Positions 12,225 through 33,287 are shown, numbered from the stretch's first letter. The stretch is DNA of 64,000 nucleotides from Eledone cirrhosa (GCA_964016885.1 OZ024744.1:106578001-106642000); one strand, 5' to 3'. Numbers and translations are program-made. Notes: generated by a model not told the origin, from the sequence alone.

Positions 12225-12323
12225 GAGGCAATTATATATATATATATATTGCAAGAGTGTGCACCCGTAGCTGACTGATAAGTCCAAATCGTGCCCGAAT
12301 ATATATATAAATTAAATATAACC

Positions 12324-12391
<68 letters not shown>

Positions 12392-12407
12392 GAGGTTATA
12401 TTTAATT
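11690..12407. repeat. TA tract with tandem unit aatgtatatataaatataatgcctctg (x4) and an inverted terminus
   Basis: Unit at ~11959, 12029, 12112 and 12166; aattaaatataacctctg-(TA)n-cagaggttatatttaatt at ~12310-12407. Confidence 0.8.
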
Positions 12408-12511
12408 TGTTGGGATTCAACAAGCTTAACATTTTTTTATCCAGGAAGCTCCAACCGTTAGGGTTTTCTTTTTTTCCGGGTATGTCAATATTTATTTATA
12501 AAACAAATCTG

Positions 12512-12577
12512 TATTTTATCTGATGAAAGCGCACCATAACTTGCCTTGGTGGCCCTTGAAATATGTATAATAAAATA
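12512..12577 (+). ncRNA. minimal type-I hammerhead ribozyme
   Basis: tattttat-CTGATGA-aag..cacca..tggtg..ctt-GAAA-TATGTA-TA-ataaaata; perfect 8-bp stem I that extends further (tttataaaac/gttttataaa). Confidence 0.8.
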
Positions 12578-12621
12578 AATATGGTTTTATAAATATAGTT
12601 TCCCTTTATTAATATATTGTA

Positions 12622-12672
<51 letters not shown>

Positions 12673-13207
12673 TTTGTAACAATTTAAAATATATTATGCC
12701 TGTATAAAAATAAATTAGTGTTGCGTGTGTATATATATATATATATATATCCTGTCGAGTCTACTATCCCCAAAACTTGGCTGACTAAATAGCCTTACTA
12801 CTTTAAAAATGGTAAAATCTCTCTCTCTCTCCATCTATCTATCTATCTATATATATGAAGTACTCAATATATGTTATAAGCCATACGTATCTCTCATTTT
12901 CAGTGCGTATATGTATGTATGTATGTATGTATGTGTGTGTGTATATATATAAAGGCGTGTTTTAATAATGTATGAATGTATCATTCACATATACCTGCCT
13001 GACAATGTTGGGCAAGTGGCTTCGCCATAGCCACAGTCCCATCCAGTCCTTCGACTATATACTGATTCTGCCTGTAAATTACGTCCCGGGGATAAATGTC
13101 TGTGAACTACACAGCCACAGTCACTTTCACTATAATACAATGAGTTGACATTTTAGATGATTACAACACACATATACACTCCCTTATGTGTGTGTATGTC
13201 TTTGATG

Positions 13208-13247
<40 letters not shown>

Positions 13248-13687
13248 ACTATATATATATATATATATCATCTCATCGTTTAACGTCCATCTTCCACGCT
13301 AGAATGGGTAGGACGGGCTGTCCGTTTGTGTGAGACCATATTAGTGGACCGTGTTTCGCTCACACTGAACTGATTTTGCCATGGTTTCTACAGCTGGATG
13401 CCCTTCCTAATGCCAACAACATTGACAATGTGAGCTGGGTGCTTTTTGTCGTGTTTGTGTGTATATGGACACCATCCTCATATCACGTCCTCCGTTTCCC
13501 TGTCTGTATAGGTTAGGCGGGTCCTTTCCATTTGAGTCTCATGCAATGTCCAATCTTCCTTTATGTATATGTATGTGTGTGTGTGTGTGTGTGTGTTTGT
13601 ATATATGTATGTGTGTATATAAGTATGTGTTTGTGTGTATGTATGTATATGTATATATATATATATGTGTATGTATATAGATATATA

Positions 13688-13925
13688 CTCTTTTAACTCT
13701 TCCAGCCATCTGGCTGAGGCCATGCTGGAGGACCACCCTGGCCATTGGAGTAAGAGGGACTTCGTTGGTGCTGCCCTTAGGTTACCTTCGTAGCGTGGTG
13801 TGGCCTCATCCGGGATCCTGAATAGCAGAGTGTCAAGGTGTTTCTTCAAAACATCCAGGTCCACAAAAAATTCCATGGCAGCTTATTAAAGAGTTGAGGG
13901 CCTTTGAACCCCAGGCTATTGCAAT
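13688..13925 (-). mobile_element. CR1-like LINE 3' fragment
   Basis: [31 protein letters not shown] resembles CR1-clade ORF2 C-termini. Confidence 0.65.
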
Positions 13926-13998
13926 AATCTGCTCCTTACTCTCCATTTGATATGTCTGTATGTGTGTGGGTTTGTGTATATATGTGTGTATATATATG

Positions 13999-14041
<43 letters not shown>

Positions 14042-15605
14042 CTATATATATATATATATATGAGTATGTATATATATATATATATGAGTATGTATATATA
14101 TATGAGTATGTATATATATATGTGTATATGTATATACATACACATATATATATGTATATGTATACACATATGTATATATATAAGTATATACGTGTGAATA
14201 TATATATATAAGTATAAATATGTGTGTATATATATGTGTATATATCTATATATATGTGTATATATTTATGAATATGTATATATATGTGTGTATGTATATG
14301 TATATATATATAAGGTATGTATATATATATATATATATATATAAGGTATGTATATATATATATAAGGTATGTATATATATGTGTGTATATGTGTATGTAT
14401 ATATATGAGTATGTATATATGCATGTATATATATACATGTATATATATATGTGTATATATGCATCTATGTATATGTATGTATGTATATATGCATGTATGT
14501 ATAAATATATGTGTATATATATATGTGTGTGTGTGTATATATGTGTTGGGTCACTCTTGAGTGCTACTGGTGACATGTGAACCAGTACAACCTGTCGCAT
14601 GGTCGGGTCGTCGGCAACTAAACCAACAACCCCACCAAGTTTACTTGGTGAGGAGGGTGATTTTGGGCACACTGCAGGACAAAAAACAAAGTCTGACAAA
14701 GGGCGGAAGAACTCATAAGAGTCAACGGCCATCCAAAAGTCTGTAAATATGTGTATACACATGTACCGTGCGGTTAAACCACTGGGAGTGAAGGACCCCT
14801 AGCCTTTGTCAGGGCATTCTTCTAGGAGAAAGCAACTCAGGAAACTGGGATAACTCCGATATAAAACCTGCGGCTCAGTAGTTACCGATGATGTTGATCT
14901 TTTCTTCTTTTCGGGTTATAGCTACTGTCGCTCAGAGAGTGGGATTGGCTCAGTGCACAGTCTTTCCTCATTGTAAAAAAATATCTTCACGCACAGGCAT
15001 TGGACAATAAAATTAATTAATAATTATTAATAATGGTATATCGTGCAATGGCCATACTCGATAAAGTATCAGTAATGTACTGGAATAATTGCTGGCCTTG
15101 TACCAAAAGTAGAAACAATTATACTTCTTTTTTATACAACTGTAAATAACATGCTTATGTATGTATATATACGTATGTATATATACGTATATATACGTGC
15201 TGTAATAAAATGTACAAATTAAACTGCCTCTTATTTATGATACTAACACTATATATATATATATATCACACACACTATATATATATACACACATACAGAA
15301 TGGTTTTCGTAATGCAGACATACAGACAGATATCATAAGGGCGCAACGTTATAACTATGTATCTATCTAAAAAGACAGACTAAGAAAGAGAGAGATCGCT
15401 AACCGGAAGTGTTGACATTTGAAAATTTTAAAGAAGTGAATATTTAAATAAACAATAAAATATCTTTAATCTTTTAACCAAATTTAGTAGACAAAAATAC
15501 CCTCACTTTCTTATTTGGAAAAAGTTACATCTATGGTGCTGTTTGGTTCAGCTGTTTGGCGAAAAGTTTGTTACATACATACGGCCGTCAGCTTTATAAT
15601 ATAAA

Positions 15606-15696
<91 letters not shown>

Positions 15697-15952
15697 TACA
15701 TTGAGTTGGAAACTCAAAATAGTCTTTTTTTACAGTTAAATAGCTCAATGAAGGGAATCTTTCCGAGCCGTGTAATATAATTGAATATATGAAAGACATG
15801 AACACAGATACAAGTATACATGTGTTCCACTTGCAAAGGACAAAAGATAGCTAGGTTGAAAAAATACTAACTTAAAACTTAATGGTTTGCCTAACTAGAT
15901 TTAAAGTAATAAATCATTAAAAATAACAAACCTACGTCGGGCAACAGCCTTT

Positions 15953-16031
15953 GATACCAAGACAGATCTAAATCTGTTTCGCAAGAATTATTAAGTTAAA
16001 GCCACCATTCCTGGGCTCTTCAGTAGGTATC
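15953..16031 (-). ncRNA. type-I hammerhead ribozyme with full stem III
   Basis: gataccta-CTGAAGA-gc..gaat..attc..gc-GAAA-CAGAT.ttag.ATCTG-TC-ttggtatc; GUC cleavage site. Confidence 0.85.
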
Positions 16032-16065
16032 CAGAAATTTGTACCTTTCACTTCATGTATATACA

Positions 16066-16339
16066 CTGGGTGATGTGTTGTTTCCTTGAGCAAGACACTT
16101 TATTTCACAGTGCTCCAGTTTACTCAGCTGTAGAAATGAGATGATAGGGACAGGGGTCCCTATCATTCCACTGCAAAGTGGTCGTGGAGGTGCCACGGCA
16201 AAAAGCACCCAGCACTCACTGTAAATGAGGTTGGTGTTAGGAAGGGCATCCAGCTGTAGAAATCAAGCCAGAATCAGTTCCTGTCCCACCCTTGCAAGCA
16301 GGGAAAACGGAGGTAAAATGATGATCTGATGATGATGAT
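16066..16339 (+). mobile_element. 5'-truncated family-B SINE
   Basis: Near-identical to the 6253 and 55121 copies. Confidence 0.85.
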
Positions 16340-16394
16340 ATATGTACATATGTATGTATATGTATATATATATGTATATATATGTATATATATA

Positions 16395-17435
16395 TCATCA
16401 TCATCATCATCATCAACGTTTAACGTCCGTGTTCCACGCTTGCATGGGTTTGGACGGGGGTAGTCCCACTTGAGGCAAGAGTGATTGTCTTGCTCGCATA
16501 GGACTGTCTGGCAGGTTTTCTACAGTTGGATGCCCTTCCTAACACCAACCACATTTACAGTGTGGGTCTGGGAGGTTTTTACCGTGTTGCCTACACGGCC
16601 ACATTACAGCGTGGACTGTGTGTTTTTTTGTCGTGACACCTACACGATCTCATTTGTTTCGGCCTGGATGGCGCGGCACCAACATAACTTTACATAGAAC
16701 GGGGTGGTGTGGATGGGGTGGGGGTGGCGGCGGGAGGGGTGTATTTTGTTAGAGATGCCTACTGGCAAGGCGGGTCTTCTCTGTTACTGAGTACCGCCAA
16801 AGGTCACGGTCCAGTGACATTGTCTTGGAGAGGTGTAAGTGTGTGAGGTCGGAGTTTATCAGCTCATCCCATGTTTTTCTAGGTCTGCCTATTCCGTGGC
16901 TACCGTCTATCTTTATTGCCCTGCACTTTGTAATACAGCTATCGACTTTCATGCGCATCACGTGTCCATACCAACGCAGCCTTCTCTCGAGTAAACAACA
17001 TCTGATCCCTCTTATCTCTAATTTTTTCCTTAGTTCGTTTATGCTTTGCCGTTCACGTATATTACTGTTACACATCCAGCGGAGCATGCAAGCTTCGTTC
17101 CTCTCTAGTCTGCGTATATCCTCTGCACACAATGCCCAGGTCTCACTACCATGCAACATTGCTGTTCGTATGCAGGCATCGTACAACCTGCCTTTCATTT
17201 TTAGGGAGAACCCTTTAGCAGCTAATAGTGGTATAAGCTCTCTGAACTTTTTCCAACCAGTTCTGACTCTAGCTACAGTACTTTCAGAGCACCCTCCCCC
17301 ACTGCTGATTTTATCGCCCAGGTAACGGAAGCTGTCCACTATTTCTATAAAACCCTCTGCGCAATTGAAAGAGCTAGTATTTTGTGGGCACTTGCTGCTA
17401 CTTATTGCACCAGAACACCGGCCACATGTAAAGTC
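16395..17435 (-). mobile_element. RTE-clade LINE 3' fragment (RT C-terminus + 3'UTR + (GAT)n)
   Basis: [60 protein letters not shown]. Confidence 0.93.
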
Positions 17436-20997
<3,562 letters not shown>

Positions 20998-21068
20998 AAA
21001 ACAAATAACGAAACGAAATTAAATTTTGTTTCGTTTGTAACTCACTTTTGTATGACTGACGCTTAAAC

Positions 21069-21471
21069 AATTAAGTTAAAAATGTACATCTACATATGCA
21101 TACTGAAATACTAGTGTGTATATGAATACACACGTATCCATATGTAGGTGTACCAAGTCTTTCACTGGTCGCTTTACAGTGAGCGGCCCAGCTATTCTGT
21201 ATGTAAACACACAGACAAACCGGTTTTTAGATTCATAACTGGTTTTTGGGAATAGTCTGGCTTTCTGGAGAATAGGGGGAAGGTGTTCCCCAAAAACCAG
21301 TATGACTCTAAAAACCGGTTTGTCTGTGTGTTTACATACAGAATAGCTGGGCCGCTCACTGTAAAGCGACCAGTGAAAGACTTGTACACCTACATATGTA
21401 TACGTGTGTGTATTCATATACACACTAGTATTTCAGTATGCATATGTAGATGTACATTTTTTAACTTAATT
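21069..21471. repeat. long inverted repeat, ~185-bp arms, ~33-bp spacer
   Basis: Direct comparison of arms; embedded in TA microsatellite. Confidence 0.92.
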
Positions 21472-21744
21472 ATATATATGTATATATATATATATATGTG
21501 TGTATGTATATATATATATGTATGTATATATATGTGTATGTATATATATGTGTATGTATATATATGTGTATGTATATATATGTGTGTATGTATATATATG
21601 TGTGTATGTATATATATGTGTGTATGTATATATATGTGTGTATGTATATATATGTGTATGTATATATATATGTGTATGTGTATATATATGTGTATGTATA
21701 TATATATGTGTATATATGTATATATATGTATGTATATATATATG

Positions 21745-22470
21745 TGAGCTTGCATGCTCCGCTGGATGTGTAATAGCAATATACGTGAACGGCAAAGCAT
21801 AAACGAACTAAGGGAAAAATTAGAAATAAGAGGGATCAGATGTTGTTTACTCGAGAGAAGGCTACGTTGGTATGGTCATGTGATGCGCATGAAAGACGAT
21901 AGCTGTATAACAAAGTGCAGGGCAATAAAGATAGACGGTAGCCACGGAGTAGGCAGACCCATAAAAACCTGGGACGACTTGATAAATTCAGACCTCATAC
22001 ACTTACACCTCTCCAAGACAATGTCACTGGACCAAGAGCTTTGGCGCTACACAGTAATAGAGAAGACCCGCCTTACCTAAGTACAAAGTGAAACCTACTA
22101 CAGTCAGTAGGCACCTCTAACAAAATACACCCCTGTCCCACTACCCCCACCTCATCCACACCACCCCTTTCAATGTAAAGTTATGTTGGTACCACAACAT
22201 CCAGGCCGAAACAAATGAGGTTGTGTAGGTGTCACGACCAAAAAACACACAGTCCACGCTGTAATGTGGCCGTGTAGGTAACACGGTAAAAACCTCCCAG
22301 TTCTACACTGTAAATGTGGTTGGTGTTAGGAAGGGCATCCAGCCGTAGAAAACCCGCTAGACAGTCCTATGCGAGCAAGACAACCACTCTTGCCTCAAGT
22401 GGGAAAACTCCTGTCCAAACCCATGCAAGCGTGGAATATGGACGTTAAACGATGATGATGATGATGATGA
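21745..22470 (+). mobile_element. RTE-clade LINE 3' fragment
   Basis: ORF 21754-22080 nearly identical to the 16395 copy; same 3'UTR and (GAT)n tail. Confidence 0.93.
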
Positions 22471-22916
22471 TATATATGTATGTGTATATGTATATATATA
22501 TGTATGTATATATGTATATATATATATGTATATATATATGTATATATATATGTATATATATATGTATATATATATGTATGTATATATGTATGTATATATG
22601 TGTATATATATAATATATGTATGTATATATTATGTATGTATGTATGTATGTATGTATGTATGTATGTATATATGTATGTATATATGTATGTATATATGTA
22701 TGTATATATGTATGTATATATGTATGTATATATGTATGTATATATATATGTATGTATGTATGTATGTATATATGTATATATATATGTATATATATATATA
22801 TATGTATGTATGTATATATGTATATATATATATATGTATGTATGTATATATGTATATATATATATATGTATGTATGTATATATGTATATATATATATATG
22901 TATGTATGTATATATG

Positions 22917-22947
<31 letters not shown>

Positions 22948-23068
22948 GTATGTATGTATATATGTATATATATATATATGTATGTATGTATATATGTATA
23001 TATATATATATGTATATATGTATGTATGTATATATGTATATATATATATATGTATGTATGTATATATG

Positions 23069-23107
<39 letters not shown>

Positions 23108-23358
23108 GTATGTATGTATATATGTATATATATATATGTATGTATGTATATATGTATATATGTGTATATATATGTATATATATATATGCATATATATATA
23201 TGTATGTATATGTGTCTATATATATGTGTCTATATATATGGATATATATATATGTATATATATATGTATGTATGTATATATATGTATATATATATGTATG
23301 TATGTATATGTATATATATATATGTATATGTATGTATGTATGTATATATATATGTATG

Positions 23359-23408
<50 letters not shown>

Positions 23409-23440
23409 TGTATGTATGTATATATATTTATATATGTATG

Positions 23441-24046
23441 TCAGGTCACCAGTTGGTGCTACTGGTAACATGTATCCCAGTACAACCTGTCTCATGGTCG
23501 GGTCGTTGGCGACTAAACTGGCAACCCCACCAAGGTTTCTTGGTGAGGAGGGTGACTTTGGACATCCTGCAGGACTAAAAACAAAACCTGTCAAAGGGCA
23601 AGGGAGCTCTTAAGAGTCAATAGCCATCCAAAATCACCGGGAGAGATGACCCCTTAGCCTTTGTCAAGGCAGAATTCTAGGAGAAGGAAAACTCTGATAT
23701 AACACCTGCAATCCTGATGGTATCCAATGATGTTGACCTGTTCTTCTTTTTGGTAAATATCATCTTGGTTAAGAGAGTGGGACTGGCTTTGTGCAGTGCC
23801 TTTGCTCACTATAAAAGCTTCACAGCACAGGCATTGCTTTATATCTGGAGATCTCTCTGCACTTGTCATCACATGGTACCATGGGCCCTGCACTATGTGT
23901 CAATAATGGTCACAAGTGTAGTCTTTGTACCAGAGTTTTCAAGTCGCTGGCTGGACTAAAGTCACATTCGTTCAGCGCATCGGTAGGGGTTCTCCTACAT
24001 GGATATAAAGTAGTGGCCGTACTCGAAAACGAGTTGGCAGCCACCA
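23441..24046 (+). mobile_element. bipartite non-autonomous RTE derivative (leader + zinc-finger 3' end); related copies 14545-15005 and 27795-28157
   Basis: Shared blocks among three copies; 3' part encodes [19 protein letters not shown] and ends gagttggcagccaccat like the 49470 element. Confidence 0.7.
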
Positions 24047-24871
24047 TATATGTATGTATGTATATATGTATATATATATATATGTATGTATGTATATATG
24101 TATATATATATATATGTATGTATGTATATATGTATATATATATATATGTATGTATGTATATATGTATATATATATATATATGTATGTATGTATATATGTA
24201 TATATATATATATGTATGTATGTATATATGTATATATATATATATGTATGTATGTATATATGTATATATATATATATGTATGTATGTATATATATATATA
24301 TGTATGTATGTATATATGTATATATATATATATGTATGTATGTATATATGTATATATATATATATGTATGTATGTATATATGTATATATATATGTATGTA
24401 TGTATATATGTATATATATATATGTATGTATGTATATATGTATGTATGTATATATGTGTGTTATATATATGTATATATATATATGCATATATATATATGT
24501 ATGTATATGTGTCTATATATATATGGATATATATATATGTATATATGTATGTATATATATATATATGTATATATATATGTATGTATTTATATGTATATGT
24601 ATATATATATATGTATATGTATGTATGTATATATGTATTGTATATATATATATGTATGTATATATATATGTATGTATATATATATGTATTATATATATAT
24701 GTATGTATATATATATATATGTATGTATATATATATGTATGTATGTATGTATGTATATATATATGTATGTATGTATGTATGTATATATGTATGTATGTAT
24801 ATATGTATGTATGTATGTATGTAATTGTATGTATGTATGTATGTATGTATGTATATATGTATGTATGTATG

Positions 24872-24905
<34 letters not shown>

Positions 24906-25229
24906 TATATGTATGTATGTATATATATATGTATGTATGTATATATATATGTATGTATATATATATATGTATGTATATATATATATGTATGTATATATAT
25001 ATATGTATGTATATATATATGTATGTATATATATATATGTATGTATATATATATGTATGTATATATATATATGTATGTATATATATATATGTATGTATAT
25101 ATATATATGTATGTATATATATATATGTATGTATATATATATGTATGTATATATATATATGTATGTATATATATATGTATGTATATATATATATGTATGT
25201 ATATGTATATATGTATGTATGTATGTATG

Positions 25230-25260
<31 letters not shown>

Positions 25261-25481
25261 ATATGTATGTATGTATGTATATATGTATGTATGTATATAT
25301 ATATCTATGTATATATGTATGTATGTATATATATATCTATGTATATATGTATGTATGTATATATATATCTATGTATATATGTATGTATGCATATATATAT
25401 CTATGTATATATGTATGTATGCATATATATATCTATGTATATATATATGTATGTATATATATATCTATGTATATATATATG

Positions 25482-25557
<76 letters not shown>

Positions 25558-25658
25558 TGTATGTATATATATGTATATATATGTATGTATATATATATGT
25601 ATATATATATATATATATATGTATGTATATATATATGTATGTATATATATATGTATAT

Positions 25659-25894
25659 AGTATAAAAGAGAAAACACATGTAAGCATTAAGAGAAGGATT
25701 TTATCCAGGTATTTACGACCGTTTCATTGGTAAGTGTAACCTTATATTGCTATTTGGACTGTGAACAACAATTATAATTGAGTGGCTGCTATTTGCAGTA
25801 TAGCAATATAAGGTTGCACTTACCAATGAAACGGTCGTAAATACCTGGATAAAATCCTTCTCTCAATGCTTACCTGTGTTTTCTCTTTTATACT
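25659..25894. repeat. inverted repeat, ~95-bp arms; single-arm copy at ~58197-58335
   Basis: Arms 25659-25753 and 25800-25894; spacer plus right arm recur near 58.2 kb. Confidence 0.92.
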
Positions 25895-26026
25895 TTATAC
25901 TCCAAGACTGAACGGAATTCTTACCAACTTGTGGAGTTACCCCTAACCGTACGTTGAAACCATCCATGAAACTGGCTTTCTTAACCAAGAACTGGATCAC
26001 AATAAGCAATTCCCTGCTTCCCTAAC

Positions 26027-26111
<85 letters not shown>

Positions 26112-26115
26112 ATAT

Positions 26116-26175
<60 letters not shown>

Positions 26176-26178
26176 GTA

Positions 26179-26231
<53 letters not shown>

Positions 26232-26349
26232 ATATATATATGTATATATATATATATGTGTATATATATATGTATGTATATATATATATATATGTATATG
26301 TATATATATGTATGTATATATATATATGTATATATATGTATGTATATGT

Positions 26350-26403
<54 letters not shown>

Positions 26404-27082
26404 ATATATATTTGTATATATATATATATATGTGTATATATATATGTATGTATATATATATATGTGTATATATATATGTATGTATATATATATATGTGTA
26501 TATATATGTATATATATATATGTGTATATATATGTATATATATATATGTGTATATATATGTATATATATATATGTGTATATATATGTATATATATATGTG
26601 TATATATATGTATATATATATATATGTGTATATATATGTATATATATATATGTGTATATATATGTATATATATATATATGTGTATATGTATATATATATA
26701 TGTGTATATGTATATATATATATATATATCTGTATGTATGTATATATATATATGTGTATATGTATGTACATGTATATATGTATGTGTATGTACATGTATA
26801 TATGTATGTGTATGTATGTATATATATATGTGTATGTATGTATATATATATGTATGTATATATATGTGTATGTATGTATATATATATGTATGTGTGTATG
26901 TATGTATATATATGTGTATGTATGTATATATATATGTATGTATGTGTATGTATGTATGTATATATATATGTATGTATATATATATGTATGTATATATATA
27001 TGTATGTATATATGTATGTATATATATATGTATGTATATATATATGTATGTATATATATATGTATGTATATATATATGTATG

Positions 27083-27115
<33 letters not shown>

Positions 27116-27152
27116 GTATGTATATATATATGTATGTATATATATATGTATG

Positions 27153-27199
<47 letters not shown>

Positions 27200-27576
27200 G
27201 TATGTATATATATATGTATGTATATATATATATGTATATATATATGTATGTATATATATATGTATATATATATGTATGTATATATATATGTATGTATATA
27301 TATATGTATGTATATATATATATATGTATGTATATATATATGTATGTAAATATGTATGTATATATATATGTATGTATGTATATATATATGTATGTATGTA
27401 TATATATATATATGTATGTATGTATATATGTATGTATATATGTATGTATGTATATATGTATGTATATATATATGTATGTATGTATATATATATGTATGTA
27501 TATATATATATGTATGTATATATATATATGTATGTATATATATATATGTATATATATGTATGTATATATATATATG

Positions 27577-27614
<38 letters not shown>

Positions 27615-27616
27615 TG

Positions 27617-27654
<38 letters not shown>

Positions 27655-27663
27655 TATGTATGT

Positions 27664-27704
<41 letters not shown>

Positions 27705-28238
27705 TATGTATGTATATATATATATATATATATGTATGTATATATGTATGTATATATATATGTATGTATATATATGTTATGTATATATATGTATGGAGAA
27801 GGAAAACTCTGATATAACACCTGCAACCCTGATGGTATCCAATGATGTTGACTTGTTCTTCTTTTTGGTACTTGGTTAAGAGAGTGGGACTGGCTTTGTG
27901 CAGTGCCTTTGCTCACTATAAAAGGTTCACGGCACAGGCATTGTTTTATATCTGGAGATCTCTCTGCACTTGTCGTCACATGGTACCATTGGCCCAGCAC
28001 TATGTGTCAATAATTGTCAAAAGTGTAGTGTTTGTACCAGAGTTTTCAAGTCGCTGGCTGCACTAAAAAGTCACACTCGTTCAGCGCATCGGTAGGGGTT
28101 TCTCCTACATGGATATAAAGTAGTGGCCGTACTCAAAAACGAGTTGGCAGCCACCATGTATATATATATATGTATATATGTATATATATATATGTATGTA
28201 TATATATATATGTATGTATATATATATATATATGTATG

Positions 28239-28271
<33 letters not shown>

Positions 28272-28272
28272 G

Positions 28273-28311
<39 letters not shown>

Positions 28312-28342
28312 GTATATATATATATGTATGTATATATATATG

Positions 28343-28390
<48 letters not shown>

Positions 28391-28436
28391 ATATATATAT
28401 ATATATTGTATGTATATATATATATATATATGTATG

Positions 28437-28471
<35 letters not shown>

Positions 28472-28633
28472 GTATATATATATATGTATGTATATATATA
28501 TATGTATGTATATATATATGTATGTATATATATATATATGTATGTATATATATATATATGTATGTATATATATATATGTATGTATATATATATATGTATG
28601 TATATATATATATGTATGTATATATATATGTAT

Positions 28634-28675
<42 letters not shown>

Positions 28676-28887
28676 TATATATATATATGTATATTATGTA
28701 TGTATATATGTATGTATATATGTATGTATATATATATGTATATTGTATATTTATATATGTATGTATATATGTATATATATATTGTTGTATATATGTATAT
28801 ATATATGTATGTATATATATTATATATGTGTATATATATGTGTATAATATATATGGTATATATATATGTATATATATTATATATATG

Positions 28888-29002
<115 letters not shown>

Positions 29003-29112
29003 GTATATATGTATGTATATATATATGTATGTATATATATATGTATATATATATATGTATATATTGTATGTATATATATATGTATATATATGTATGTATA
29101 TATATGTATATA

Positions 29113-29143
<31 letters not shown>

Positions 29144-29168
29144 GTGTATATATATAAACATATATATA

Positions 29169-29199
<31 letters not shown>

Positions 29200-29260
29200 G
29201 TGTATATATATATATATAAATATATATATATGTATATATATATATGTATATAAATATATA

Positions 29261-29331
<71 letters not shown>

Positions 29332-29383
29332 GTATATAAATATATATACATATGTATATATATATATGTATATATATATATAT

Positions 29384-29472
<89 letters not shown>

Positions 29473-29495
29473 GTATATATATTTATATATATATG

Positions 29496-29526
<31 letters not shown>

Positions 29527-29529
29527 GTC

Positions 29530-29588
<59 letters not shown>

Positions 29589-29688
29589 GTATATATATAT
29601 ATATGTATATGTATATATATATGTATATGTATATATATATGTATATGTTATATATATATATATATGTATATATATATGTATATATATG

Positions 29689-29876
<188 letters not shown>

Positions 29877-29896
29877 AATATGTATATATATATATA

Positions 29897-29938
<42 letters not shown>

Positions 29939-29946
29939 AATATGTC

Positions 29947-29979
<33 letters not shown>

Positions 29980-30032
29980 GTGTATATATATATATATATG
30001 TATATATATGTATATATATATGTATATATATG

Positions 30033-30065
<33 letters not shown>

Positions 30066-30086
30066 GTATATATATATATGTATATA

Positions 30087-30319
<233 letters not shown>

Positions 30320-30363
30320 GTATATGTATATATATATATTTATATATATATATTATATATATG

Positions 30364-30431
<68 letters not shown>

Positions 30432-30434
30432 TGT

Positions 30435-30585
<151 letters not shown>

Positions 30586-30602
30586 ATATATATATATATA
30601 TG

Positions 30603-30637
<35 letters not shown>

Positions 30638-30744
30638 TGTATATATATATATATATATGTATGTATATATATATATATATATATTATGTAAGTATATATA
30701 TATATATATATATGCATATATATATATATATATATTATATATGC

Positions 30745-30852
<108 letters not shown>

Positions 30853-30886
30853 GTATATATATATATTATATATAGTATATATATAG

Positions 30887-30920
<34 letters not shown>

Positions 30921-30942
30921 TGTATATTATATATATATATAG

Positions 30943-30994
<52 letters not shown>

Positions 30995-31047
30995 ATTATA
31001 TATGTATTATATATAGTATTATATATATGTATATATATGTATATATG

Positions 31048-31080
<33 letters not shown>

Positions 31081-31133
31081 GTATATATGTATATATATAT
31101 GTATATATATATATGTATATATGTATATATATG

Positions 31134-31184
<51 letters not shown>

Positions 31185-31195
31185 GTATATATATG

Positions 31196-31257
<62 letters not shown>

Positions 31258-31261
31258 CATG

Positions 31262-31323
<62 letters not shown>

Positions 31324-31327
31324 CATG

Positions 31328-31410
<83 letters not shown>

Positions 31411-31435
31411 GTGTATATATATGTATATATATATG

Positions 31436-31501
<66 letters not shown>

Positions 31502-31505
31502 TGTG

Positions 31506-31561
<56 letters not shown>

Positions 31562-31572
31562 TAGTATGTATG

Positions 31573-31608
<36 letters not shown>

Positions 31609-31613
31609 TGTAG

Positions 31614-31798
<185 letters not shown>

Positions 31799-31844
31799 GT
31801 ATTATATATATATGTATATATATATATATATATGTATATATATG

Positions 31845-31923
<79 letters not shown>

Positions 31924-31924
31924 G

Positions 31925-31969
<45 letters not shown>

Positions 31970-32137
31970 ATTATATATGTATATATATATGTGTATATAT
32001 AATTATATATGTATATATATATGTGTATATATAATTATATATGTATATATAATTATATATGTATATATATATGTGTATATATAATTATATATGTATATAT
32101 ATATGTGTATATATAATTATATATGTATATATATATG

Positions 32138-32197
<60 letters not shown>

Positions 32198-32233
32198 TAT
32201 ATGTGTATATATATGTATGTATATATATATATG

Positions 32234-32282
<49 letters not shown>

Positions 32283-32345
32283 GTATATATATGTATATAT
32301 ATATATATATATGTATGTATATATATGTATATATATGTATATATG

Positions 32346-32376
<31 letters not shown>

Positions 32377-32421
32377 GTATATATGTATATATATGTATAT
32401 ATGTATATATGTATATATATG

Positions 32422-32459
<38 letters not shown>

Positions 32460-32471
32460 TGTATATATATG

Positions 32472-32535
<64 letters not shown>

Positions 32536-32571
32536 TGTATATATATATATATATAATATATGTATATATAT

Positions 32572-32624
<53 letters not shown>

Positions 32625-32628
32625 TATG

Positions 32629-32786
<158 letters not shown>

Positions 32787-32816
32787 GTAAATATATATAT
32801 TATATATGTATGTATG

Positions 32817-32849
<33 letters not shown>

Positions 32850-32850
32850 G

Positions 32851-33035
<185 letters not shown>

Positions 33036-33036
33036 G

Positions 33037-33067
<31 letters not shown>

Positions 33068-33082
33068 GTATATATATATTTG

Positions 33083-33135
<53 letters not shown>

Positions 33136-33136
33136 G

Positions 33137-33287
<151 letters not shown>

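Noticed and set aside
14547-14680. Twister or HDV-like ribozyme call
   Set aside because: Could not place the required pseudoknots or conserved residues; kept only as an unassigned structured leader.
21335-21395. Hammerhead in the 21-kb palindrome
   Set aside because: A stem II-like hairpin plus GAAA is present, but the core (CAGAATA) and stem I do not fit.
25745-25845. Hammerhead in the 25.7-kb palindrome (GAAACGGTC)
   Set aside because: Only the 3' half is recognisable; CTGTGA upstream lacks a base in both copies and stem II is not evident.
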